A stretch of 26,843 nucleotides of DNA from Candidatus Hodarchaeota archaeon. GTDB taxonomy: Archaea; Asgardarchaeota; Heimdallarchaeia; Hodarchaeales; Hodarchaeaceae. The notes under the pieces were generated by a model. The model was given only the letters and a program-made list of their open reading frames with translations, was not told the DNA's origin and did no database searches. Each line of letters opens with the position of its first letter. Position 1 is the stretch's first letter. This document shows, in pieces, positions 18,085 to 26,843 of the stretch. The stretch lies in NCBI GenBank assembly GCA_016839815.1, contig JAEOTM010000195.1, forward strand, positions 1 through 26,843, given 5' to 3'. Made by a program: the position numbers and the translations under genes.

Positions 18085-19896
18085 ATGTGGTTCGAATTCT
18101 CAGTCTATGGATTAATGATGGCAGCTACAACTGTTCTAGCCATCTTCCTACTTGCTTATCCCATTCTATCCCGTCCAAAAACTAGATTAAGATCGTATTT
18201 CTTACTTTTAGTCTTTTCAGCTTTTATTTGGTCTTTTGGGTACTTCCTAGAAATCTCCAGTGTTGACTTAGGACTAATGAAATTCTTCAATTTAGTCCAG
18301 TATATTGGTATTGTTACTCTACCAGTGTTTTTCTTCTTTGTTATCTTATATTTTACACGAGGATATGGTTTTTTCGAACGACCGTTACTTTTACTTCTCT
18401 TTTTCCCTTCGATTATTCACTACTTCCTCGTACTGACAGATGACTTTAATCAACTGTTTTATGAATCTATTTCACTAAATACTAGTGAACCTTTCAGCAG
18501 GATGGAATTAGTGTATGGACCAGCTTTCTATAGTAACTTTCTGTATTCATATATACTAATCCTTGGAGCTTTTTACCTCCTATTCCGAAAGTTTCAAGAA
18601 ACACCCGTCAATGAAACCATAATTAGGAGCCAAATAATCATTTTTACATTTGGGGCTACTTTTCCAATTATCGGGAATATTATCCGTGTAACGAAGCCAA
18701 TTCCAGTTCTCGATTTTATTGACTTAACACCAGTTTCATTTATGATTGCCTTTGTTCTTTTTACTTATGCTATCTTCGAAGTAGGATTTTTAGATCTCGT
18801 TCCCATTGCTCGAAAACATGTATTTCAAGACATTTACGATCTTCTTATAGTTCTAGATTCCCACTTGAATGTCATTGATTTTAATCGATCTGCTCATCGA
18901 ATATTGTTTGACAACAACCCTGAAAGTAACATACGCAATAGAGATTTTAAAACAATAATAGAGGACCAAACCAACAATCATATTCATATTTCAGATGTTT
19001 CACATTTATACAAAGGTTTATGGGGTCTCCTTCAAGGAAAAATTGGATTATATACTCAGGATACCGAATTTTTAATATCAGGAAAAAAGATTGAAAGAGA
19101 TTATTATAATATTACTGCTACTCCTCTTTATCAGGCAAAAAAAATCGTAGGTGCAATTATTTTTATACGAAATACCTCTGCACAGCGAGAAGCTGATTTA
19201 GTTGTACAACAAAAAACACAAATGCAGGAAGTAATACTTCAATTACTTTCACACGATCTACGCAATCATTTAAATGTGTTAAAGGGATACTCGGAGCTTG
19301 CTAGCTCCTCGGATTCATTTGAAGACACTAAAGAAAGTCTTGAAGCTATTGAGGTTAAAAGTTCTGCAATATTAGATACTATTAATGAAGTAACTAATTA
19401 TCTGAAAATTGATAAATTGCTAGCTGGACAGCGTCAACAACTCAATTTAAATCAAGTAGTTGTTGAAGCAATTGATGTTATGGGCCCTGAATGTGCTATC
19501 AAAAAGGTAACAATTGATTTTGAACACAGTTCTCAACCTGCGTACGTTTGGGGAGATGTGATTATCTTAAAATCGGTAATCCAGAATTTACTCCAAAATG
19601 CGATCAAATTTTCCCCTCCAAATTCATCTATAGAAGTAAAAATTAACGATCTGCAGGAAGTCGCTCAATGGCAAGTGAGTATTGCCGACAATGGTCCTGG
19701 AATTAGTAAAGATTTGCAGGAAGAAATTTTCAAACCATTTGTTTCCTTTGGTATAGAAAAAGGAACAGGTTTAGGACTGACTATTGCTAAGACTATAATC
19801 GAGAGTTTAGCGGGACGGATATGGGTAACAGATAATAAACCTGAAGGTGCGATTTTTTATTTCGTACTCCCCAAAATGTCCGAAGATTCAAACTAA
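18085..19896 (+). CDS. Membrane sensor histidine kinase (HisKA_7TM, PAS-like, HisKA, HATPase)
   Basis: Seven hydrophobic segments ending in DLTP...LDLVPIAR, then H-box SHDLRN, N-box NLLQNAIKF, G1 DNGPGI, F-box IFKPF and G2 GTGLGL. Confidence 0.93.
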   Translation: MWFEFSVYGLMMAATTVLAIFLLAYPILSRPKTRLRSYFLLLVFSAFIWSFGYFLEISSVDLGLMKFFNLVQYIGIVTLPVFFFFVILYFTRGYGFFERPLLLLLFFPSIIHYFLVLTDDFNQLFYESISLNTSEPFSRMELVYGPAFYSNFLYSYILILGAFYLLFRKFQETPVNETIIRSQIIIFTFGATFPIIGNIIRVTKPIPVLDFIDLTPVSFMIAFVLFTYAIFEVGFLDLVPIARKHVFQDIYDLLIVLDSHLNVIDFNRSAHRILFDNNPESNIRNRDFKTIIEDQTNNHIHISDVSHLYKGLWGLLQGKIGLYTQDTEFLISGKKIERDYYNITATPLYQAKKIVGAIIFIRNTSAQREADLVVQQKTQMQEVILQLLSHDLRNHLNVLKGYSELASSSDSFEDTKESLEAIEVKSSAILDTINEVTNYLKIDKLLAGQRQQLNLNQVVVEAIDVMGPECAIKKVTIDFEHSSQPAYVWGDVIILKSVIQNLLQNAIKFSPPNSSIEVKINDLQEVAQWQVSIADNGPGISKDLQEEIFKPFVSFGIEKGTGLGLTIAKTIIESLAGRIWVTDNKPEGAIFYFVLPKMSEDSN

Positions 19897-19914
19897 TTCA
19901 GTGCTAGTACTCAC

Positions 19915-21693
19915 TTATTTCTGTAATATTGCCTTCCCTGTTTGTACATTCCAAAGAGTGGTGTACAAATTATTAGATTTAACCAATTCCTCATGCGTTC
20001 CTTCTTCAATAATCTCTCCGTTTTCTATTACATAGATACGATCTGCATTACGTACAGTGCTAAGTCTATGTGCAATCAATATCGTTGTTCTATCGAGAAT
20101 AATCTTCTCTAAAGACCTCTGAATTGCTGCTTCTGTTTCATTATCCACAGACGATGTTGCTTCATCCAGTACAAGTATTGGGGGGTCTTTAAGCACAGCA
20201 CGGGCTATTGAAATTCTTTGTCTTTGTCCTCCGCTTAATTTCTGACCTCTTTCACCCACCAGTGTATCATATCCATTCGGAAGGTCAGTGATAAATTCGT
20301 GAACTTCCGCAATTTTAGCTGCTTCTATTATTTTTTCCATAGAGGCATCTTGTCTTCCATAGATTATATTTTCCTTTACAGTTCCATCTATGAGGAACGT
20401 ATCCTGTGAAACAAGGCCAATTCCTTGACGTAAATCCTGAAGTTTTAAATCTTGAAGATTGATATTATCAAGAGAAATTTCTCCATTGATCGGATCATAT
20501 AATCGAAGGAGTAATTTGACAATTGTGGTTTTTCCTGACCCCGTAGATCCTACAAATGCCACTGTTTGACCAGGATGAATATTTACACTTAAATTGGAAA
20601 AAACTACTTCTCTACCTTTATAGGAAAAATCTACATTCTTAAAGCACAATTTCCCCTGAATTTTATTTAACGGAAGCTCAACTATCCCAGATTGGATCTT
20701 ACTTTGAGTATCAAAAAGACTCATAATTCTCGATACTGATGCCATGGCACGTTGATACTGATCGAAAGTCTCACCCATTCGTGTTAAAGGCCATAAAAGC
20801 CTTTGAGTTAAAAATATCATTGCACTATAAGCCGCTACTTCTAGATTACCATCAATAGTTTGGAATCCCCCAAAAATAAGCATGGCGGTAAATCCTAATA
20901 CGATAATCATTCGAATCAGAGGAGAAAATGCAGAACTAAATTTAATTGCATCGCGATTACTCTGTCGGTATGCGTTTGAGGAGGCAGAGATTCGTTGGGC
21001 TTCGAATGACTCAGTTGTGTAACTTTTGATGGTAGCAATACCAGTTAGGTTATTCGATAATTGGCCGTTCAATATTCCCACCTTCTCACGAACCGCACGA
21101 TATTTGGGCTCAAGACGAGTTTGAAAAAGAACAGCAAAGGTTAAAATAAATGGCATGGGAACCATTGCCATCCATGCAATCTGTGGAGAGAGTACAAAAA
21201 ATGCGAGGGAAATAGTGATTGCAGTAACTGTAACCTGAATTAGATCATTAGCACTGACATCAAGAAATCGTTCTAATTGATTAATATCGTCGTTCAAGAT
21301 TGACATTAATCCACCAGTCTGACGATCCTCAAAATATTCGAGTTCTAAACTCTGAAGATGATTATAAGCATCCATTCTTAATTCATGTTCAACTGTCTGA
21401 GCTAAATTCCTCCAATAAATCTTGTACACATATTCAAACAATGATTCGAACCCCCAGATGACAAATGTTATTAATCCGAGAACCACAAATTGTGTTGAAG
21501 GATCTGTAATGCCAAAAGATGAAAATATCGAATTTTCTCGTCGTACTGCTATATCTACCGCAGCTGAAATTAGAAAAGGTGGTGCCAAATCGAATAATTT
21601 GTTCACTATCGAGAAGAATGTGGCTAGAATGATAGTTGTACGATGTGGTCGTGTATATTGAAGTAACTGAATAAATGGACGATCGGGATTCAT
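19915..21693 (-). CDS. ABC exporter half-transporter, TMD plus NBD (MsbA/Sav1866 type), canonical NBD
   Basis: Six TM segments, Walker A GSTGSGKTT, LSGGQRQR, Walker B LVLDEATS and IAHRLST. Confidence 0.95.
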   Translation of the reverse strand: MNPDRPFIQLLQYTRPHRTTIILATFFSIVNKLFDLAPPFLISAAVDIAVRRENSIFSSFGITDPSTQFVVLGLITFVIWGFESLFEYVYKIYWRNLAQTVEHELRMDAYNHLQSLELEYFEDRQTGGLMSILNDDINQLERFLDVSANDLIQVTVTAITISLAFFVLSPQIAWMAMVPMPFILTFAVLFQTRLEPKYRAVREKVGILNGQLSNNLTGIATIKSYTTESFEAQRISASSNAYRQSNRDAIKFSSAFSPLIRMIIVLGFTAMLIFGGFQTIDGNLEVAAYSAMIFLTQRLLWPLTRMGETFDQYQRAMASVSRIMSLFDTQSKIQSGIVELPLNKIQGKLCFKNVDFSYKGREVVFSNLSVNIHPGQTVAFVGSTGSGKTTIVKLLLRLYDPINGEISLDNINLQDLKLQDLRQGIGLVSQDTFLIDGTVKENIIYGRQDASMEKIIEAAKIAEVHEFITDLPNGYDTLVGERGQKLSGGQRQRISIARAVLKDPPILVLDEATSSVDNETEAAIQRSLEKIILDRTTILIAHRLSTVRNADRIYVIENGEIIEEGTHEELVKSNNLYTTLWNVQTGKAILQK

Positions 21694-21797
21694 AAGAGGA
21701 GAAAATTCTGTTTCTCTTTATCTAGATTTTTCATCCTCCAAATCCTTTAATTCTAAAAAGGACTGATATTTTCCATTCCTTTCAGTGGTAGAAAACA

Positions 21798-23066
21798 ATG
21801 AAAATCGGTATCATCGGTGCTGGAATAGGAGGATGTTCTGCTGCTTACTATCTCCGCCAAAAACTTCCAGACTCAGAAATTTATATCTATGATAAGCTAG
21901 GTAGAATTGGTGGAAGATTATATCATCGTCAAATTGCTAATATTACCAATGAATTAGGGGCGACATTCTTTCATACAGTAAATAAACACCTTATGAAGTT
22001 TGTTGAAGACTTTGATATTCCTATAGATGAATATGTCTATCCGAGATTTGGTATATGGGATAGCAAAAGTATTATCTTTACATCAAGTAGAAATTCTCTC
22101 ATTACGAATCTAAAATTATTTCTACGCTATCGAATGACTGCGTTACGATTAAATGGATTGATCAAAGCAGCGAAGAAGCGTGTACTGGCACTATATCAGC
22201 AAGATCCAACTGTATATTCGAATTTAAGGGATCTCTTTACTACAGGTAACATTAACGAATGGATAGGCATTCCATTTGATGAGTATTTACGTTCGATGGG
22301 AATTTCTCAGAAATTCATTGATGAAATCATTGAACCGAGTACAAGGATGATTTACACTCAAAATGCAGGTATAGGAAGTTTTGCCGGATTAGCCACATTG
22401 ATTTCATCGGATGGGACTCCACTCTACAAAATGAAAAAGGGGAATGCTTCCTTAGCACAGCATTTAACGGAGGTTTCCAAGAGTAAAGTGAAATTAAATA
22501 CTGTAATCGATACTGTTGAAAAAAATAATGGTAGACTTCTTATTAAAGGGAAGGATCTAACTGAAGAATTTGATGCTATTATTCTTGCCGCTCCACTGGA
22601 ACAAGCAAACCTAATAATAAACTTGGATATTCCTAAAATCGAAATGAGAAAGTTTCAAACTACCCACTTCAAACTCATTATCGGCAAGGTAAATCCTGGT
22701 TATTTTGGTAAGAAGACCCTTGAAGAAATTCCGGAACTCTTGATGACCAAGAATGTTGAAACTCTTCCATTTAAGGTTCTAGAAAATTTAGGAAGATTAG
22801 ATGATGGAAATTTCTTATACAACCTTGTTTCAACAAATCCTATAACCGAAGAGTTGATTGATCAAATGTTTCAAGAAACTAAACTGATAGAAGATCATTC
22901 ATGGCAGTTTTCGTATCCTGTCTCCAGAGCTATCAAAGAGTATCAGCCAATCAAACTCCATTCAAATTTTTACTACATTAATGCAATTGAATCTACCGCA
23001 TCGACAATGGAAGCTTCCATATTGGGTGCAAAAACGGTTACAGATCTACTGGTAGCTGAGAATTAG
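21798..23066 (+). CDS. Prenylcysteine oxidase/lyase-like FAD oxidoreductase (PCYOX1 family)
   Basis: [63 protein letters not shown].SYP and LH.[18 protein letters not shown] follow the motif order of PCYOX1 as recalled from memory (no search run). Confidence 0.8.
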   Translation: [422 protein letters not shown]

Positions 23067-24847
23067 TTATGATTGTTATTCTCCACTTTTCCTTCCCATA
23101 AACGTCTCATTTCAGAGCTAGTTTCTAGAAGTGTCTCTAGGTTACCTGATGCTTCTAGGTTCCCTTTCTTTAGAATAATAATCTTATCTGCCTCTTGTAA
23201 GACTAAAGGCTTATGAGAGACAACTAAGAATGTGTTATCTTCCTTATTACAGAACATTCGTTCCCAAAAAACTTTTTCTGTTTCAACATCAAGAGCACTT
23301 GAAAGATCATCGAATACTTTTAACTCCGACTCCTTTACTAACATTCGAGCCGCCGCTAATCGTTGTTGCTGACCTCCAGAAAGTTTTTTTCCTTTTGGAC
23401 CTACTATTGTATTCAATCCATCCTCTACATCTTCCAAATCCTTCTGAAAAACTGCTAAATCAATAGCGGAGTTCATGCGATCAGGATTTTCAGGCATTCC
23501 CAGTAATAAGTTCTCCTTGATTGTGTCACTAAATAAATTGGGTACTTGAGGAGTATAGGCTGCACGAGGTGGTCTAAAGAATTCTGTAGTATCGGAAATT
23601 TCGTGGTTATTCCACTGAATTGAACCAGTACTAGGTAAGAGACCAAGAAACGCTTTTAATAAGGTTGATTTTCCAGATCCAACACGACCTGTTACAACTG
23701 TCAATGTTCCACGATTTAGTTCAAACGAAATATTTTGGATTCCTTTATCTGAATCAGGATATTGACAGCTAAGATTTCTTATTGTGATATTCTCAAGATA
23801 ATCTGTTGATTGTTTCTCCACAATAGTCCTTGGGGGATAGGCCGTTTTCAGATATAAAGGACTATGTTTCACTATATTCTTTTCAGGAATGTCTTTCATT
23901 GTACCTTTCATCAATTTCGTCATCCTACCATAAGAAACTGTCGTTCGATGGTAACGTGCAATTGATTCCCCCATGTAAGAAATAAAACCGGTTACCCAAT
24001 TCAATAGGTACTGAAAGAGGGCAAAATCACCAATAGTAAATTCCTTTGCGAGCATAGGTCTACTTATCATTAAAAACATAATTCCAGTTGCTAAAAATAC
24101 AATTAATGTTCTGGTTGCTCGTAGAAGTGAACCAAAAAATTCATCCTTGATTGCAGCCTGAGCTCTTTTATTATTGATCTGTTCAAAATGTTCTAACATA
24201 TTTTTTTCAGCAGTGTTTACCTTAACACTCTGAATAGAGCTAAAAATTTCTCTAATTGCACTGGTAACCTCACCAGTTGCTTTCCTTCTCTCACTTCGGT
24301 AATGAGCAACTCTTCTACGAAATGCATTCACCAGTACAATCACAACAACGAAGGGAAGAAAAATGAAGAAAGTAACCTCTGAATTAATGGTTAGCATTAT
24401 CAGAAAAGCAATAAATCCAAAAATGAAAAAGTTTAGCAAGTCAGCCATCGCAATAGGGAAATAAGATGCTTCTTCTGCATCCAGTCGAAAACGAGAAATA
24501 GCTTCTCCAGGTGAATATGGTGGGGAACTGGCACCATATTGAGTGTACAAACCATTCATCATATTTCGTCTAAAGAGTAATCTCATCGACATGAAGAAAA
24601 TATTCATTAAAAGAGCCCAGAAGACGTCAAAAATTATTTGAAAGATATTAACTACTAGTAGAATAAGAACTAACAACCAAATATCTACTTCAAACTCTAT
24701 CACTCCTTCTAAATGATTAAATATTTCCCTTACCGTTAATGCTCCTATTAAAGGAGTAATAAAGAAGGTAAAGGAGGTAAACCAAACGAAAAAGAATACT
24801 ACTGGTTTAAAACGAATACTTTCGATCATATATCGAGTCAAATTCAT
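23063..24847 (-). CDS. Heterodimeric ABC exporter subunit with degenerate Walker B
   Basis: TMD plus NBD, with GRVGSGKST, LSGGQQQR, Walker B VFDDLSS (E to D) and VSHK. Confidence 0.92.
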   Translation of the reverse strand: MNLTRYMIESIRFKPVVFFFVWFTSFTFFITPLIGALTVREIFNHLEGVIEFEVDIWLLVLILLVVNIFQIIFDVFWALLMNIFFMSMRLLFRRNMMNGLYTQYGASSPPYSPGEAISRFRLDAEEASYFPIAMADLLNFFIFGFIAFLIMLTINSEVTFFIFLPFVVVIVLVNAFRRRVAHYRSERRKATGEVTSAIREIFSSIQSVKVNTAEKNMLEHFEQINNKRAQAAIKDEFFGSLLRATRTLIVFLATGIMFLMISRPMLAKEFTIGDFALFQYLLNWVTGFISYMGESIARYHRTTVSYGRMTKLMKGTMKDIPEKNIVKHSPLYLKTAYPPRTIVEKQSTDYLENITIRNLSCQYPDSDKGIQNISFELNRGTLTVVTGRVGSGKSTLLKAFLGLLPSTGSIQWNNHEISDTTEFFRPPRAAYTPQVPNLFSDTIKENLLLGMPENPDRMNSAIDLAVFQKDLEDVEDGLNTIVGPKGKKLSGGQQQRLAAARMLVKESELKVFDDLSSALDVETEKVFWERMFCNKEDNTFLVVSHKPLVLQEADKIIILKKGNLEASGNLETLLETSSEMRRLWEGKVENNNHN

Positions 24848-26616
24848 ACCAAAACCTCCTCGATACCTGTTCGCAAGAGTTTGGAATACTTGGAATTAGG
24901 ATCCTTCAATAATTGAACTCTATCGCCATATTCACTAATTTTTCCATCTTCTAAAAGCATTATATCGTCAACATGATCCAGAGTTTGGAGACGGTGTGCA
25001 ATTATTATTGCCGTTCGATTTTCTAAGAGCTTATCTATTGCACTCTCGATTAATTTTTCTGTAGCTGGATCCAAACGCGATGAGGCTTCATCCAAAATCA
25101 CAAGTTTAGGATTCTTCATAAAGACACGAGTTAATGCCAGTAATTGTGCTTCTCCTGCAGAAAAACCTGTTTCTCCATTGAGTAATTTAGTATCTAACCC
25201 CTTCTTCAGCTTTTCAAACCAATCATGCAATTCTAGAGAATCTATTATACTCAAAATCTTTTCATCAGCAAGATTTTTGTTAAATAATGTTATATTATCT
25301 CGAACAGACGCTTGAAAGATTTCTACTTGCTGGGTTACATACGCAATACTATTTCGTAATTCTGATAATGGATAATCTTTAATATTGGTGTCATTGAAAT
25401 AAATCCCACCGCTGGTAGGATCGTATAAGCGAAATAGAAGACGAGAAATAGTTGTTTTTCCACTTCCTGTCCTACCAATCAATCCAAGCCTCCTACCTGG
25501 TTGAATTTGAAAAGAGATATCCTCGACTGTGGGGGTTCTTTCAGAGTAGGAAAATGTCAATGAGTCAAATTTTAACCTTAATTTCGTATCATCAATAAGA
25601 GTAGTCTCCCCACTATCTGTAATCTTGGTTTGAATTGCAAAAAGTTCTGCTACACGATCAATAGATGCATCAGCACGAGTGAGTTGTTGAGCTTCTCTAA
25701 CTAAACGAATCATTGGGTCAATAAGAGCGGCTACATATTGATTTATCAAAAATACCGTTCCTATAGAAATAACATCTGCCTGATATAAAGGGATGCCAGT
25801 TACAAACACCATAGTCGTACCTAAAGCAACAATTCCCATTATCGAAATGTGAATCATCCGGCTAACTAGCATGGCTTTGAATGTGATATCATATTCGGAT
25901 TTTGAATATTCATGAAACCGTTTCATGATATAGGGTGTTGCTCCGTTTGCTATTGCGTCTTCTTTCCCTGTAATCGCTTCTTCTACATATCCCATTAGAT
26001 CAGCACTTGATTGTCTGACTTTCTTCCAAAATGGAGAAGCATAGTTCCATATCTTGTATAGAACAAGTAATGTTGAAACACAAAACACAGTAAACGCTAA
26101 TCCGATTCTCCAGTCCTCTAGAAATAGTACAAATAAGATACCAATTATTAAGAGGAGATTCGTGACAATCAGCATAGAAAATTGCGAGAAAAAATTGGAC
26201 AGAGTGGTTACATCTCCATCAATCCGTTCTATCATCTTACCAGGTGTATGCTGGTTATGGAATGTCATATCAAGATCCACACAATGGGCTGCTAAATCCA
26301 TCCGTAACTGGTTAGTGGATCCCCATGCCAGTAGTTGAGTTAAATACACTGCTGCAATAAAAAATACCTGTTGTAAAGCAGCTAGTCCAATATACAGTAG
26401 TGCTGCTTCCAATAAACGCCTTTGAGCAGCAACTGTTGTTAATCCTCCTGCATCCACAAAATCAAAGGTATCTAAATAATAACGTATTATTTGAGGGTTG
26501 ATTAATGCAAAACCAATATCCAACAGAACAAGGATGAATAATACGAAAAAATATACCCTATATGGAGCTAAGTACTGCCGTAATAAGACGAAATACTTCC
26601 GGAAGGGTAATTTCAT
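24844..26616 (-). CDS. Heterodimeric ABC exporter subunit with degenerate signature motif
   Basis: TMD plus NBD, with GRTGSGKTT, signature FSAGEAQ, Walker B VILDEASS and IAHRL. ATGA overlap at 24844-24847 with its partner. Confidence 0.92.
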   Translation of the reverse strand: MKLPFRKYFVLLRQYLAPYRVYFFVLFILVLLDIGFALINPQIIRYYLDTFDFVDAGGLTTVAAQRRLLEAALLYIGLAALQQVFFIAAVYLTQLLAWGSTNQLRMDLAAHCVDLDMTFHNQHTPGKMIERIDGDVTTLSNFFSQFSMLIVTNLLLIIGILFVLFLEDWRIGLAFTVFCVSTLLVLYKIWNYASPFWKKVRQSSADLMGYVEEAITGKEDAIANGATPYIMKRFHEYSKSEYDITFKAMLVSRMIHISIMGIVALGTTMVFVTGIPLYQADVISIGTVFLINQYVAALIDPMIRLVREAQQLTRADASIDRVAELFAIQTKITDSGETTLIDDTKLRLKFDSLTFSYSERTPTVEDISFQIQPGRRLGLIGRTGSGKTTISRLLFRLYDPTSGGIYFNDTNIKDYPLSELRNSIAYVTQQVEIFQASVRDNITLFNKNLADEKILSIIDSLELHDWFEKLKKGLDTKLLNGETGFSAGEAQLLALTRVFMKNPKLVILDEASSRLDPATEKLIESAIDKLLENRTAIIIAHRLQTLDHVDDIMLLEDGKISEYGDRVQLLKDPNSKYSKLLRTGIEEVLV

Positions 26617-26843
26617 TAGTTTTCACTTCGTATAAACTCATTAATAGGATGAAGAAGATAGTAAAGTATGGATTATTGTACTATCTGCCGTAAAAGCCCA
26701 CCCAAGTGCACAAACATTGGAGCTATGCTTGAGTATTTATTCGAGAGGATACTGGCAAAAAAATCATTATAGATAGGAAAATTGCAGCCAAAATTACGGT
26801 TTCATAATATGGATGAATTAACTGGATTAATTGAAAGGATAAA

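Noticed and set aside
1680-26338. Numerous 60-160 aa ORFs antisense to or nested in long genes (e.g. 2028-2357, 8228-8590, 11700-12173, 26054-26338)
   Set aside because: They are shadow ORFs fully overlapping well-supported genes, with no motifs.
26668-26843. Short CxxC ORF (MDYCTICRK..., 34 aa) and a possible gene start at 26809
   Set aside because: Both are too short or cut by the window edge to support.
1-26843. CRISPR arrays, tRNA/rRNA genes, intact IS or prophage genes
   Set aside because: No regularly spaced direct repeats, GC-rich structural RNA segments, or intact transposase, integrase or phage ORFs were seen by eye.

Overview
An AT-rich (about one-third GC by eye), gene-dense prokaryotic window. 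TTTATA-type promoter boxes, oligo-pyrimidine terminator tracts and a mix of bacterial-type and eukaryote-like genes suggest an archaeon, possibly Asgard (Heimdall/Hodarchaeales-like). That assignment is inference, since no marker gene is present. In order, it contains: a truncated hypothetical gene; a cytoplasmic class C beta-lactamase-like serine hydrolase with a C-terminal TPR; a membrane protein; gene debris (about 3.5-4.7 kb); a superoxide reductase and an NAD(P)H:rubredoxin-type flavoprotein; a P-type ATPase; a YhhN/TMEM86 lysoplasmalogenase-like protein; Tex; a mocA-moaD-xdhBCA-like molybdenum hydroxylase cluster; an orphan 7TM histidine kinase; an MsbA-like ABC half-transporter; a prenylcysteine oxidase (PCYOX1)-like flavoprotein; and a heterodimeric ABC exporter. 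Two items stand out. (1) The P-type ATPase has a P2-type catalytic core, but its M4 motif is PINIP instead of PEGLP, placing Ile at the SERCA E309 position as in eukaryotic P4 lipid flippases (PISL), and the M6/M8 cation ligands are lost. (2) There is a full-length homologue of eukaryotic prenylcysteine oxidase. Together with the lysoplasmalogenase-like gene, the Mo-hydroxylase and the ABC exporters, these may form a lipid/isoprenoid scavenging neighbourhood (hypothesis only). No rRNA, tRNA, CRISPR array or intact mobile element was seen.
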